The translations under genes were made by a program, and so were the position numbers. 64,000 nucleotides of DNA, taken from assembly GCA_040756875.1 (NCBI GenBank), contig JBFLYH010000003.1, forward strand, positions 295,073-359,072. The letters run 5' to 3'. This document shows, one piece after another, positions 1 through 8,166 of this stretch. Each line of letters opens with the position of its first letter. The first letter of the stretch is position 1. The DNA is from a candidate division FCPU426 bacterium (GTDB taxonomy: Bacteria > Oederibacteriota > JAAXVQ01 > JAUVAV01). The notes below the pieces were generated by a model that made no database searches, was not told the DNA's origin, and saw nothing but the letters and a program-made list of their open reading frames with translations.

Positions 1-147
1 GATGTTCAGATCCAGCACCCGGCAGTCCCACCCCGCGCTGCGGATAATCCCCGCTACGTAAGCCAGGGAATATGGAGGCGTGGCGACATCCCAGATCGGC
101 GCCTGGATCAGTAAAAATTTCGGCTGTTGGCCCGGTTGGCTGTTCAT
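1..147 (-). CDS. 5' fragment (49 codons, continues off the left edge) of a probable B12-binding-domain radical SAM enzyme
   Basis: ATG at 145-147 (minus strand), 2 nt after the TGA of the upstream gene. My translation is MNSQPGQQPKFLLIQAPIWDVATPPYSLAYVAGIIRSAGWDCRVLDLNI. It has the short beta-strand, 'PP-x-x-LAY-x-A' and 'G-x-x-x-x-V-L-D' N-terminus typical of B12-binding radical SAM proteins. The CxxxCxxC region is outside the window. Confidence 0.35.
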   Translation of the reverse strand, partial: MNSQPGQQPKFLLIQAPIWDVATPPYSLAYVAGIIRSAGWDCRVLDLNI

Positions 148-149
148 CC

Positions 150-1223
150 TCAACCGTTTCGTCCGTTCAGAATGTCCCGGGTGCGGCGGCCGGCTTTTTT
201 CGCCAGGCGGCCGAGGCGCCGCCACCAGCGCTGTTCGGGCAACAGGCGCCGCCGGAGTTGTTTCATAGTCAAGTCGTAGGGTTCCTCGGCGGGCAGCCAG
301 CGGGGATCAACAAAGGCCCGGCGCAGGAAGGCGGGGATTTTCTCGCCGCTGTCCAGGAAATCATAACTCCGCGGCATTTGGCGGTAAGCCGCCTCCCCGT
401 GGGCCTCCAGCAGTCGGGCATAAGTCGCTCCCAGCTCCCGGGCCAGCAGCTTGTTTCCGGCGACCCAGCGGTCAACGGCCCAGAAATACACCCCCTGGTC
501 GAACCCCGAGAAATGCACAAACCTGACCGGCCGGCGGTTGGCAAAAAGGCGCCCGCCGCGCCGCGTCAGTTTCCTTTCCTGCAAGGCCCAGGTGGCGACG
601 TTGTAGCCTGGGTCGCGCAGCAGGTGAACCTCGAAAAAAGCCGGCGCCAGATCCACCCATTTCTGGTCGGTGAACAGGCCGTTGGCCCGGTCGTCGTAGC
701 AGGCATGCCGGAGGCGTTCGCTCCACCATTCCAAAAAACGCGCCGCCTCGGCCGAGCGCCGCAACCCCAGGAACCCCAGGTTGAAAACGCCGTGGTTCAG
801 GCAGCTTTCCTCCATTTCCAGGTTGCCCGGCTCCAGCAGATGCGGCGTCAGCACAAGGGGATGCCGTTCCAGCAGCCTGCCCAGTTCCCGTAAATCCGAG
901 GTCACCATGACATCCGGGTCCAGATAAACGAATTGGTTTTCCCGTGGAAAGTGCGCCAGCAAATACTGCAGCAACCGGGCCTTGATCGCCGTGGCCCCTT
1001 CCACCCGGCTATGGCTGATGATATAACGTCCGAAATGCTTCCAGCCCAGGTCGCGCGCCAGGACCCACTCGTCCACAGCGGCGGTTTCAGGCATGCGCTC
1101 AGGTCGTGCTTTTTCGACCAGGCAGAAGACGGTTCGGGCCCGCGGGTGATGGCGCTTCAGCGTTTCCGCCAGTACGGCGGATTTGGCCAGATAATTCGCG
1201 CACACGCTGGTGCAGACGATCAT
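150..1223 (-). CDS. putative GT-A fold (GT8-like) nucleotide-sugar glycosyltransferase, 357 aa
   Basis: ORF 150..1538 trimmed to the internal ATG at 1221-1223 (MIVCTSVCANYLAKS...). That ATG overlaps the upstream stop as ATGA. 'VYLDPDVMV' is a DxD-type motif following an N-terminal Rossmann-like strand. Family assigned from sequence pattern only. Confidence 0.6.
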   Translation of the reverse strand: MIVCTSVCANYLAKSAVLAETLKRHHPRARTVFCLVEKARPERMPETAAVDEWVLARDLGWKHFGRYIISHSRVEGATAIKARLLQYLLAHFPRENQFVYLDPDVMVTSDLRELGRLLERHPLVLTPHLLEPGNLEMEESCLNHGVFNLGFLGLRRSAEAARFLEWWSERLRHACYDDRANGLFTDQKWVDLAPAFFEVHLLRDPGYNVATWALQERKLTRRGGRLFANRRPVRFVHFSGFDQGVYFWAVDRWVAGNKLLARELGATYARLLEAHGEAAYRQMPRSYDFLDSGEKIPAFLRRAFVDPRWLPAEEPYDLTMKQLRRRLLPEQRWWRRLGRLAKKAGRRTRDILNGRNG

Positions 1224-2134
1224 TTTCCCAACCCCCGTCTGAATCGCCGCCATCCCCGGACGGATCGGACCAGGCCGCCGAACAGGCCGTGATAAAGCGC
1301 ATGCAGCCACGGCACCTGAACCAGGCGTTTCTCGACTTTTAGGGCCGGAGATTTTCCAATCAGGCGGTGGAGATGGTTGTTTTGACGGGCCATGGCCACC
1401 CGGTTCTGAAAAAAGCGGAGCATGTTTTCCTTGCGTCCAAACAGGCGCGGATGGTTGAAAAAGATCCGCGTGAACATTTCCGCCTCTTTGCCGTCCCTTA
1501 GCATCCGAGTGGTCCGCGATTCTTTCCGCACACGGCAATAAAACATTATCCGATTGATGCGCACAACCTGCCGTTCATCCTGTTCCAGGAGGGAAAGCCA
1601 GAAATCGTAGTCCTCCATTCCATCCGTCATGTTGGCGTTGTAGCCGCCCGCCCGTTTCCAGGATTTTTTACGGTATAGGGCGGAGTTGAAAATAACATTA
1701 TCAAAGAGCATCTTTTCGAAGGAATAATCGGGAAGGATCCATTCTTCCTCGCGGGCGCCGAAAAGCCGGGCCCGGCAATAGACGATCCCGACCCCTTTGT
1801 CCCTCTCCATGACCTCTACGGCTTTTTTAACGTAGGCGGGAGCGATTTTGTCGTCCGCGTCCAGGGGCAGAATATATTCGCCCCGGGCCCGGGCAATGCC
1901 GGCGTTGCGCGCCCGGGCAGGCCCGCCGTGGACGATCCGAAAAACCGTCGTATGGGGACGCTGGTATTGCTTTAAAAGCCGGCAGGTGGCCCGGTCGGTT
2001 GAACCGTCGTCGACCACGATGATTTCCATCCGCGGGTACGTCTGGTTCAAAACCGACGCCACGGCCTCGTCCAGGTAAAGGCCGTCGTTATAGCAAGGAA
2101 TTATCACGCTGACCAAAGGCATGGTTTTATTCAC
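1220..2134 (-). CDS. family 2 glycosyltransferase, 304 aa
   Basis: 'VSVIIPCYNDGLYLDEAVASVLNQTY...EIIVVDDGSTD' and 'LPLDADD' are classic GT2 signatures. GTG start at 2134 with AGGGGA 6 nt upstream. Confidence 0.9.
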   Translation of the reverse strand: MNKTMPLVSVIIPCYNDGLYLDEAVASVLNQTYPRMEIIVVDDGSTDRATCRLLKQYQRPHTTVFRIVHGGPARARNAGIARARGEYILPLDADDKIAPAYVKKAVEVMERDKGVGIVYCRARLFGAREEEWILPDYSFEKMLFDNVIFNSALYRKKSWKRAGGYNANMTDGMEDYDFWLSLLEQDERQVVRINRIMFYCRVRKESRTTRMLRDGKEAEMFTRIFFNHPRLFGRKENMLRFFQNRVAMARQNNHLHRLIGKSPALKVEKRLVQVPWLHALYHGLFGGLVRSVRGWRRFRRGLGK

Positions 2135-2187
2135 TTTTCATCCCCTGCCCTGTGCATTTGATTCCGGCGTTGGGCCAGGAACCGGCT

Positions 2188-2928
2188 TCAATGCGCCCGG
2201 GTGTATGCTTCCACGATCGCATCGGTCGGTCCGATCATTTTAATGCCATGGTCTTCCAGCCAGACCACGCGATCGCACATTTCCCTCACCTGCTCCATGG
2301 AATGGGAGACGAAGATGATGGTGATTCCGCTTTTTTTATAGGCATAGGCTTTGGCTTGGCATTTTTTTTGGAATTCCATGTCTCCGACCGTGAATATTTC
2401 GTCCACCAGGAGGATCTCGGGATCCAGAAAACCGACCACGGAAAAACCGAGCCGGGCGATCATACCCGTGGAGTAGGTTCGCAGCGGCTGGTCTATAAAA
2501 AGTTCCAATTCAGAGAAAGCGATAATCTCGCCCATTTTCTCCACAACGGCCCGCCGGGTCAGGCCGAGGAGAATGCCGTTGAGCAGGATGTTTTCCCTGC
2601 CCGTGAGTTCGGGATGAAAGCCAGCCCCCAGTTCCAGCAGCGGTGAAACGCGTCCGTTGATCTTGATACTGCCAGTAGTCGGCCGGATGACCTGGGCAAT
2701 CAGCCCCAGCAGCGTGCTTTTGCCTGCGCCGTTCCGGCCGATGACGCCCAAGGTTTCACCGCGGCTGACGCTGAAACTGACGGATTTGAAAACTTCGTAG
2801 GGCCTCCGTCTCAGGTCCCGCCAATGGGCCGGAGCGTTAAACAGGAAGTGCTTGAACCCGCCCAGCAAGGGCCGGTAGTGGGGATACTGCTTGGAAACAT
2901 TATCCAAAACGATCACAGGTTCGCTCAT
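2188..2928 (-). CDS. polysaccharide ABC exporter ATP-binding protein (Wzt/TagH/KpsT type), 246 aa, nucleotide-binding domain only
   Basis: ORF 2188..3672 trimmed to the ATG at 2926-2928 (MSEPVIVLDNVSKQY), which overlaps the Wzm stop as ATGA. Walker A 'GRNGAGKST', signature-like 'YSTGM', Walker B 'ILLVDE', H-loop 'VSHS'. The protein ends right after the NBD. Confidence 0.9.
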   Translation of the reverse strand: MSEPVIVLDNVSKQYPHYRPLLGGFKHFLFNAPAHWRDLRRRPYEVFKSVSFSVSRGETLGVIGRNGAGKSTLLGLIAQVIRPTTGSIKINGRVSPLLELGAGFHPELTGRENILLNGILLGLTRRAVVEKMGEIIAFSELELFIDQPLRTYSTGMIARLGFSVVGFLDPEILLVDEIFTVGDMEFQKKCQAKAYAYKKSGITIIFVSHSMEQVREMCDRVVWLEDHGIKMIGPTDAIVEAYTRAH

Positions 2929-3692
2929 AGGACCTCGGCAAACCTCCAGTTTAACCGTCCATACACCCATCTGCCCAGCGCATAGGACAGCGCGGCATAG
3001 GCCAGGCTGATGCCCAGCCAGTCCAGCGCCAGATAGCCTTCCAGGAAAAGTTTCTGCCAGCCAATGATCATCCCGGCGAAGGGGTTGGCATAGATCAGCC
3101 AGCGGAATTTCACGGGAACCATTTCCAGAGGATAGATGATCGGCGTAACGTAAAAAGCCAGGGTCAGCAGAATCGTCACCAGCCGCTCCAAATCCCGGAA
3201 GAACAGGTTGATGCTGGAAACCAGCAGCGCCAGGCCATAGGTCAGAAAGAATTGTACTCCCAGGAGCACCGGGATGCCGTAGATCCAGGCCGGCGAGGCG
3301 GGCTTGTGGAAAATGGCGATGAACAGCCAGATAACCGGGAGCGAAAGGATGTAATGCAGCATGTCCTGCAATACGCCGCTCAACGGCAGCACGCTCCGCG
3401 GAAACGCCACTTTCTTGATGATGCTGCTGTTTGAAAGGAACACCGTGGAAGCCACGCTGACGGAATTGGAGGTCCATTGCCAGGGAAAAACTCCGATGAT
3501 CAAGAACAGGGCGAAAGCCTCCATGGGAATCCGCACAATCACCTTGAACGCGAAGTAGTAGACCGCTGCCAGGGCCAGGGGATGGGCAATGGACCAAAAG
3601 TAACCCAGAAGGTTGTTTTGATATCGGACCTTCAAATCCTTCCGGGTCATGACCAGCACGAGGTCCAGCCAATACCGCATTCTGGCGTTCAC
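2925..3692 (-). CDS. ABC-2 type polysaccharide exporter permease (Wzm/TagG type), 255 aa
   Basis: 'TRKDLKVRYQNNLLGYFWSIAHPL' is a typical ABC-2 N-terminal block, followed by about 6 hydrophobic segments. GTG 3692 overlaps the upstream TGA; ATG 3680 is an alternative start. Confidence 0.85.
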   Translation of the reverse strand: MNARMRYWLDLVLVMTRKDLKVRYQNNLLGYFWSIAHPLALAAVYYFAFKVIVRIPMEAFALFLIIGVFPWQWTSNSVSVASTVFLSNSSIIKKVAFPRSVLPLSGVLQDMLHYILSLPVIWLFIAIFHKPASPAWIYGIPVLLGVQFFLTYGLALLVSSINLFFRDLERLVTILLTLAFYVTPIIYPLEMVPVKFRWLIYANPFAGMIIGWQKLFLEGYLALDWLGISLAYAALSYALGRWVYGRLNWRFAEVL

Positions 3693-6589
3693 GGTTTACC
3701 CCCGTGGAATTCCCGAATTTCCATCAAGCCGATGCTCCCGTAGGCGCCTGCCGGGCTGATATCCAGGCGCATATCCATGTTGGCCTCTCTGACTTCAATA
3801 AAAAAATACAGGTCATTCCACCCGGGCAGCAGGGTTCTCATCTGACCCGCGCCTTCATTATATGCTTTTTGACCGGCGGCAAAATAATAAAACGCGGCCG
3901 TGGCTTCTCCTGCGCTTTTGATCCGCGCATGCAGGATGTACCGGCTGCCCACAGGCGCGGGCCTCCCCGGAATCGCAATGCGGGTCGCTGCTCCCGTCCG
4001 GTCTATCGTCATTTCCCCCGGGGCCCACTTTAGGAGGGTGTTGGAACTGCCGAAGGTGAAGAGTTCCCGCAGGCGGCTGAGCGGCAGGTTTTCATACCAA
4101 TCCCGCGGCAAACGGAGGGGTTCTTGGCCGGAACCATCGCCCAGAATTCCCAGTTCAACTGACCGCAGCCGATAGGTGCCGGGCTGACGGGCCGGATCAA
4201 AGCGCAACCCCCGGCGGACAACCTCTGCCGGCAGAACAAAACTCATCTGGTTCAGTCCTGCCTGCATTTTAACCGGCACGCTTCGCGCTTCGGTGAAGGC
4301 GGGGTCCTCGGCCCCAGGGTAAAACATACGGCATTCTGTTTGTTGGTTGGATTCCACCAGCAGGTTGACCACGACCGGGTCCCCGGTTCCCGCTTCGATA
4401 CCCGGAAGCAACAAAGTGGGATGATCGGTCTCGGCCTTCAACTCAAGTCCTTGCGGCGTGAGCTGGGATTTCATTCCTTCGCCGATTTGCACCCGGGCCA
4501 GGTTCTCCCCCGACCAGCTCGCCAGCGGGTAATAGGGATAAATAAAACCCGCCCTGGGGGCTTTCTGCGTCCTCAAGCCCCATCCCGCTTTTTTTCGCAT
4601 ATATAGCCGCCGGATCAGATAAACGCCGTTCTGGCAAGCCGGGTCCAGCCTGACGCCATAATTGATCGAGGCGGCTGGCAGCGTGAAATTCAGCCGGTTC
4701 GTTCCCGAATGAATCTGGCTGATGAGCGACTGCTTTTCCGAATATTTTTCAGTCAGCGACCGCCGGTAATAAACCTGGCAAAGCGTTTCCTGCGGCGCTT
4801 CCATTTCCAACGACATAATGACATCACCGGTCTCCCCGAAATCCTTGCCCGGCAGAAAGAGCATGGGATCGTTTCCGTTAACCCAGAGTCGCAAGCCCTG
4901 AGGTTCCCGCCACATTTTTAAATCCCGGTTTCCGCTGATTGGCTGGCTTTGTTTGGGATAGTCGGATTCCCCGCCGCCCAGACTCGTGTCGTGAATCCAG
5001 AGCTGAACCTGGGAAAGCGGTTCCATCTCTCCGACCTGGTCGCATGTTTCCGCCTCGGGCCCGGGTTCAACTTTGAACACCCGCAGCGAATGGATCAGCA
5101 CCTTTCCTGACGTTGACAGGGGGTCGAAGCGCAAGCCGGCGGCCAACTGCGCGGCCGACACCGGAAAATTAAGGTAATTCTGCCCGGCCTGAACTTCTTC
5201 CCAGATTTTATCGTCGTTCGAGAAAGACTGCAGCGACGATTCGCGGAAGAAAAGCTCGCACGTGCTGCGGCAGCTGGCAACCATGTCAACCCGGAGCAGG
5301 TAATCCTTCTCCGCCGGCAGGCTCAGTTTGGGTAAATACAGCTTCATATCCATCCCGCGGGTGGAGAACTGCCAGCCTTCGGCGGACCGATCGATTTTAA
5401 CGCTTTTCTTCTCGTCTTGCACCACCAGGGAATCCAGGGCGATGTCCTGCAGCAGCCTCGCGTTCAGCAGTCTGAGGAGTTTTCCCCATACAAAAGTGGC
5501 CTGGCGAGCGGCCACCTCCATGACGATGTGGTCATATTGCTTGCGTCCCTCTTTGTCCAGGGCATTGTCGAGGATGAAGTCGTCGTAATGCATGCACGTG
5601 AGGTCTTCGAAATATTGTCTTAACATGGGGCGCGCTTCGGCCAGCAAGGAGTCGTGCAGCAGCAAAGTGCGTCCGCCAATCAAGCGGCGGGTTGCGCTTC
5701 GCGAAAGATAATGGGCGGGCTTTTTCCAATCTTTGTCCGGGGCGACTTCCTCCCTGATCAATTCCACTCCCCGGCGCCGAACCCCGTATTTTTGTTCGGG
5801 CTCGCGCAATGGACCCAATCCGGCCAGGGGCCCCAAGTCCGAGGATTTCTCGGTTTTTTCCCCCAGGACCACCTCGGCCGGGTCCCAAAGCCCGGGTTGA
5901 AACCGATCCACGACCGCCTGGACTAAAACCAGCATGCCGCGGTTGGTGTGATGCGTGTCGAGCTTGAAAAAAACCGGTTCTGACAGCGAGCGTCTGGCCG
6001 TCAGATAGGGTTCCCGCATGTCTTGGATTTCCGGCCCTTGAAAATCCCCGTAAAAATTCCGCAATATCTCCCGCCGGCGTCCGGCCCAGGCCGCCAAGCG
6101 GCTGAAAACCGGCCCTAATTTTTCCGGATAAATCTCGTCCTTGTCCGGCCCGATAAAAAACGTCCAGTCAGGTTCCCCGGCTTCGCGGTGGCGCAGAAAA
6201 TATTCCAGCATTTTCAAGGTGTGCCGGATTTGCGTCGGGGATTCCCAGGGGCGGTAATAACCGCTTCTCACGAACAGCCAATGCTCCATGCCCCGGTCAG
6301 TTTGGCTGAACCGCCGTTCCCCCAAAGTATAAGCCAGCCGATTCTTTTTGATAATGACATGTCCGCGGCCGGGAAAGCGGTCGCGCAGGGCCAGCGAAAA
6401 CTGCTGGTAAGTGTTGACGTTGAAAAAGTCCTGCCAGGTCCCGATCTGCGGCCAGCCCTCCATGGACCGTTTTTCCATCTCCCGCACAAATAGGTCCTCC
6501 ACATTGACGGGGGTGAATAACAAGCCCAGGGGTGAAAAAAGCACCGCCAGACAGAAGCAAGCAGCCAGGGTGTTGGTTATCTTTTTCAT
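3689..6589 (-). CDS. 966-aa exported AlgJ/AlgX/'DHHW'-like O-acyltransferase partner with four C-terminal repeat modules (copy 1)
   Basis: N-terminal signal anchor (MKKITNTLAACFCLAVLFSPLG). 'KLDTHHT' (aa 210-216) and 'LHDSLL' (aa 311-316) match the Asp-x-His...Ser arrangement of AlgJ/AlgX-type enzymes. The gene starts 2 nt after the MBOAT stop. Residues ~385-966 form 4 tandem modules, each ending in an (L/V)R(F/L)DP...G.Y motif. Confidence 0.7.
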   Translation of the reverse strand: MKKITNTLAACFCLAVLFSPLGLLFTPVNVEDLFVREMEKRSMEGWPQIGTWQDFFNVNTYQQFSLALRDRFPGRGHVIIKKNRLAYTLGERRFSQTDRGMEHWLFVRSGYYRPWESPTQIRHTLKMLEYFLRHREAGEPDWTFFIGPDKDEIYPEKLGPVFSRLAAWAGRRREILRNFYGDFQGPEIQDMREPYLTARRSLSEPVFFKLDTHHTNRGMLVLVQAVVDRFQPGLWDPAEVVLGEKTEKSSDLGPLAGLGPLREPEQKYGVRRRGVELIREEVAPDKDWKKPAHYLSRSATRRLIGGRTLLLHDSLLAEARPMLRQYFEDLTCMHYDDFILDNALDKEGRKQYDHIVMEVAARQATFVWGKLLRLLNARLLQDIALDSLVVQDEKKSVKIDRSAEGWQFSTRGMDMKLYLPKLSLPAEKDYLLRVDMVASCRSTCELFFRESSLQSFSNDDKIWEEVQAGQNYLNFPVSAAQLAAGLRFDPLSTSGKVLIHSLRVFKVEPGPEAETCDQVGEMEPLSQVQLWIHDTSLGGGESDYPKQSQPISGNRDLKMWREPQGLRLWVNGNDPMLFLPGKDFGETGDVIMSLEMEAPQETLCQVYYRRSLTEKYSEKQSLISQIHSGTNRLNFTLPAASINYGVRLDPACQNGVYLIRRLYMRKKAGWGLRTQKAPRAGFIYPYYPLASWSGENLARVQIGEGMKSQLTPQGLELKAETDHPTLLLPGIEAGTGDPVVVNLLVESNQQTECRMFYPGAEDPAFTEARSVPVKMQAGLNQMSFVLPAEVVRRGLRFDPARQPGTYRLRSVELGILGDGSGQEPLRLPRDWYENLPLSRLRELFTFGSSNTLLKWAPGEMTIDRTGAATRIAIPGRPAPVGSRYILHARIKSAGEATAAFYYFAAGQKAYNEGAGQMRTLLPGWNDLYFFIEVREANMDMRLDISPAGAYGSIGLMEIREFHGGKP

Positions 6590-6591
6590 GG

Positions 6592-8028
6592 TTAAAATTT
6601 AAAGTAGATGAATGGAATATAATTGCTGCTAATCACCATCATGACCGCCGCTGCCAGGCCTATCGTGGCCAGGGAAAGCCTGAGCCACCCGGCCAGACGC
6701 GAGTCCGACTGGTCAAGAAACCGACCCATGCTTTCCTTGAACGGCAAAAGCACCAATAATCCTCCTAAAACCAAGGTGGCCAGGCTCTGAACGCTGATTT
6801 CCGCCAACCAGGGAAACGGCTGAACGGTCTCCGCCATTCCGAACAGGGCTTGGTAGTAATACCAAATATGGTCAGCTTCCTTGGCCCGGAACATCACCAT
6901 GCCCATTAAAACAAAGAACATCGCGACGAGGCGTTGCAGTCCCGGATGCTTGAAATCCTCGGCGAACCGCTTGCCGGTCATCCGCTCCCAGCACAGAAAA
7001 ACGCCGTGGTATGCCCCGAAAATGATATACGTCCAATTGGCCCCGTGCCAAAAACCCACTAAGGTAAAAACCGTAAACAAGTTGAAGAATTGCCGCCACG
7101 TGGCGACCCGCGACCCTCCCAGGGGGATGTACACATAGTCCCGAAACCAGGTCGAAAGCGAAATGTGCCAGCGCCGCCAAAAATCCGTGAAACTGACCGC
7201 CATATACGGCCGGTTGAAGTTTTCCCGGAAATGAAACCCGAACACCCTCCCCAACCCGATCGCCATGTCCGAATATCCCGAAAAATCGAAATACACCTGC
7301 AGCGTAAACGCCACCAATCCCAGCCACGCCAGCCCGGCCCCCAGCCCCTGGTCCAGACCGAACGCCTGGTCCGCGATCATCCCGATCGGGTCCGCGATCA
7401 CCGCTTTCTTGAACAGCCCCAGCATGAAGCGGACCAGCCCCGAGGCGACGTTGTCCCAGGTGTGTTGCCGCGACTTGACCTGCGGCTCGATCTCGTCATA
7501 GCGCACGATCGGCCCCGCGATCAGCTGCGGAAACATCGACAAGTACATGCCCATGTCCACGGGATTCTTGATGACCCCGACATGCCCCCGGTAGACGTCG
7601 ATGACGTAGCTGAGCGCCTGAAACGTGAAAAAGGAGATGCCGATGGGCAGCAGGATGCCCGGATTCGGAAACGGCCGGACCTGGGGCAGGATCCAAAAGA
7701 TCACCTGGTCCAGCTGTTCGACCAGGAAGTTGGCGTATTTGTAATAGCCCAGCAGGGCCAGGTTCATGACGATGGCCAGGGTCAGCCAGGCTTTTTTCAC
7801 GGCAGGCTGCTGCTTTCGATCCGCCCGGTTGATCAGCAGGCCAAACATCCAGTTCCCCGCGATCGAAGCCATGAAAACCAAAACGACTTCGCCCGCGCCC
7901 CACATATAGAACAACAGGCTCATGACCAGCAGGACGGTGTTTTTCCACCAGACCGGTTTAAATCCAAAATACAAAATAAAAACCAGCGGCAGAAAACAAA
8001 AAAGAAAAACAATCGAAGAAAAAACCAC
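6592..8028 (-). CDS. MBOAT family O-acyltransferase (AlgI/DltB/PatA-like), 478 aa (copy 1)
   Basis: Polytopic protein with 'FTFQALSYVIDVYRG', 'FWRRWHISLSTWFRDYVYIPLGG' and 'GFWHGANW' (conserved MBOAT His region). GTG start at 8028 with AGGAG 9 nt upstream. Confidence 0.9.
   Translation of the reverse strand: MVFSSIVFLFCFLPLVFILYFGFKPVWWKNTVLLVMSLLFYMWGAGEVVLVFMASIAGNWMFGLLINRADRKQQPAVKKAWLTLAIVMNLALLGYYKYANFLVEQLDQVIFWILPQVRPFPNPGILLPIGISFFTFQALSYVIDVYRGHVGVIKNPVDMGMYLSMFPQLIAGPIVRYDEIEPQVKSRQHTWDNVASGLVRFMLGLFKKAVIADPIGMIADQAFGLDQGLGAGLAWLGLVAFTLQVYFDFSGYSDMAIGLGRVFGFHFRENFNRPYMAVSFTDFWRRWHISLSTWFRDYVYIPLGGSRVATWRQFFNLFTVFTLVGFWHGANWTYIIFGAYHGVFLCWERMTGKRFAEDFKHPGLQRLVAMFFVLMGMVMFRAKEADHIWYYYQALFGMAETVQPFPWLAEISVQSLATLVLGGLLVLLPFKESMGRFLDQSDSRLAGWLRLSLATIGLAAAVMMVISSNYIPFIYFKF
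7106..7949. repeat. 844-bp tract apparently identical to 11611..12454 (offset 4505), internal to MBOAT copy 1
   Basis: Ends determined base by base: mismatches at 7105/11610 and 7950/12455. Spot-checked in the middle. All six-frame ORF peptides crossing the tract are identical between copies. Confidence 0.85.
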
Positions 8029-8166
8029 CGCTTTATGCTCCTATGCTTTCAGTGAAGTAATCCCCCGGACTATGTCCGGGGCTCCCCCCTCCGCAAAAAT
8101 CCCGCAATCCTCTCCCTGGTCAGCGGTCCCGATGGGAGCTGAAGCCCGGGGATTCATGTGGAGGGA

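Noticed and set aside
7090-8055. 321-aa plus-strand ORF (and its twin within 11214..12788)
   Set aside because: It is antisense to the MBOAT genes. Its duplication simply reflects the 844-bp identical tract. The peptide is Arg/Pro/Asp/Gln-rich junk.
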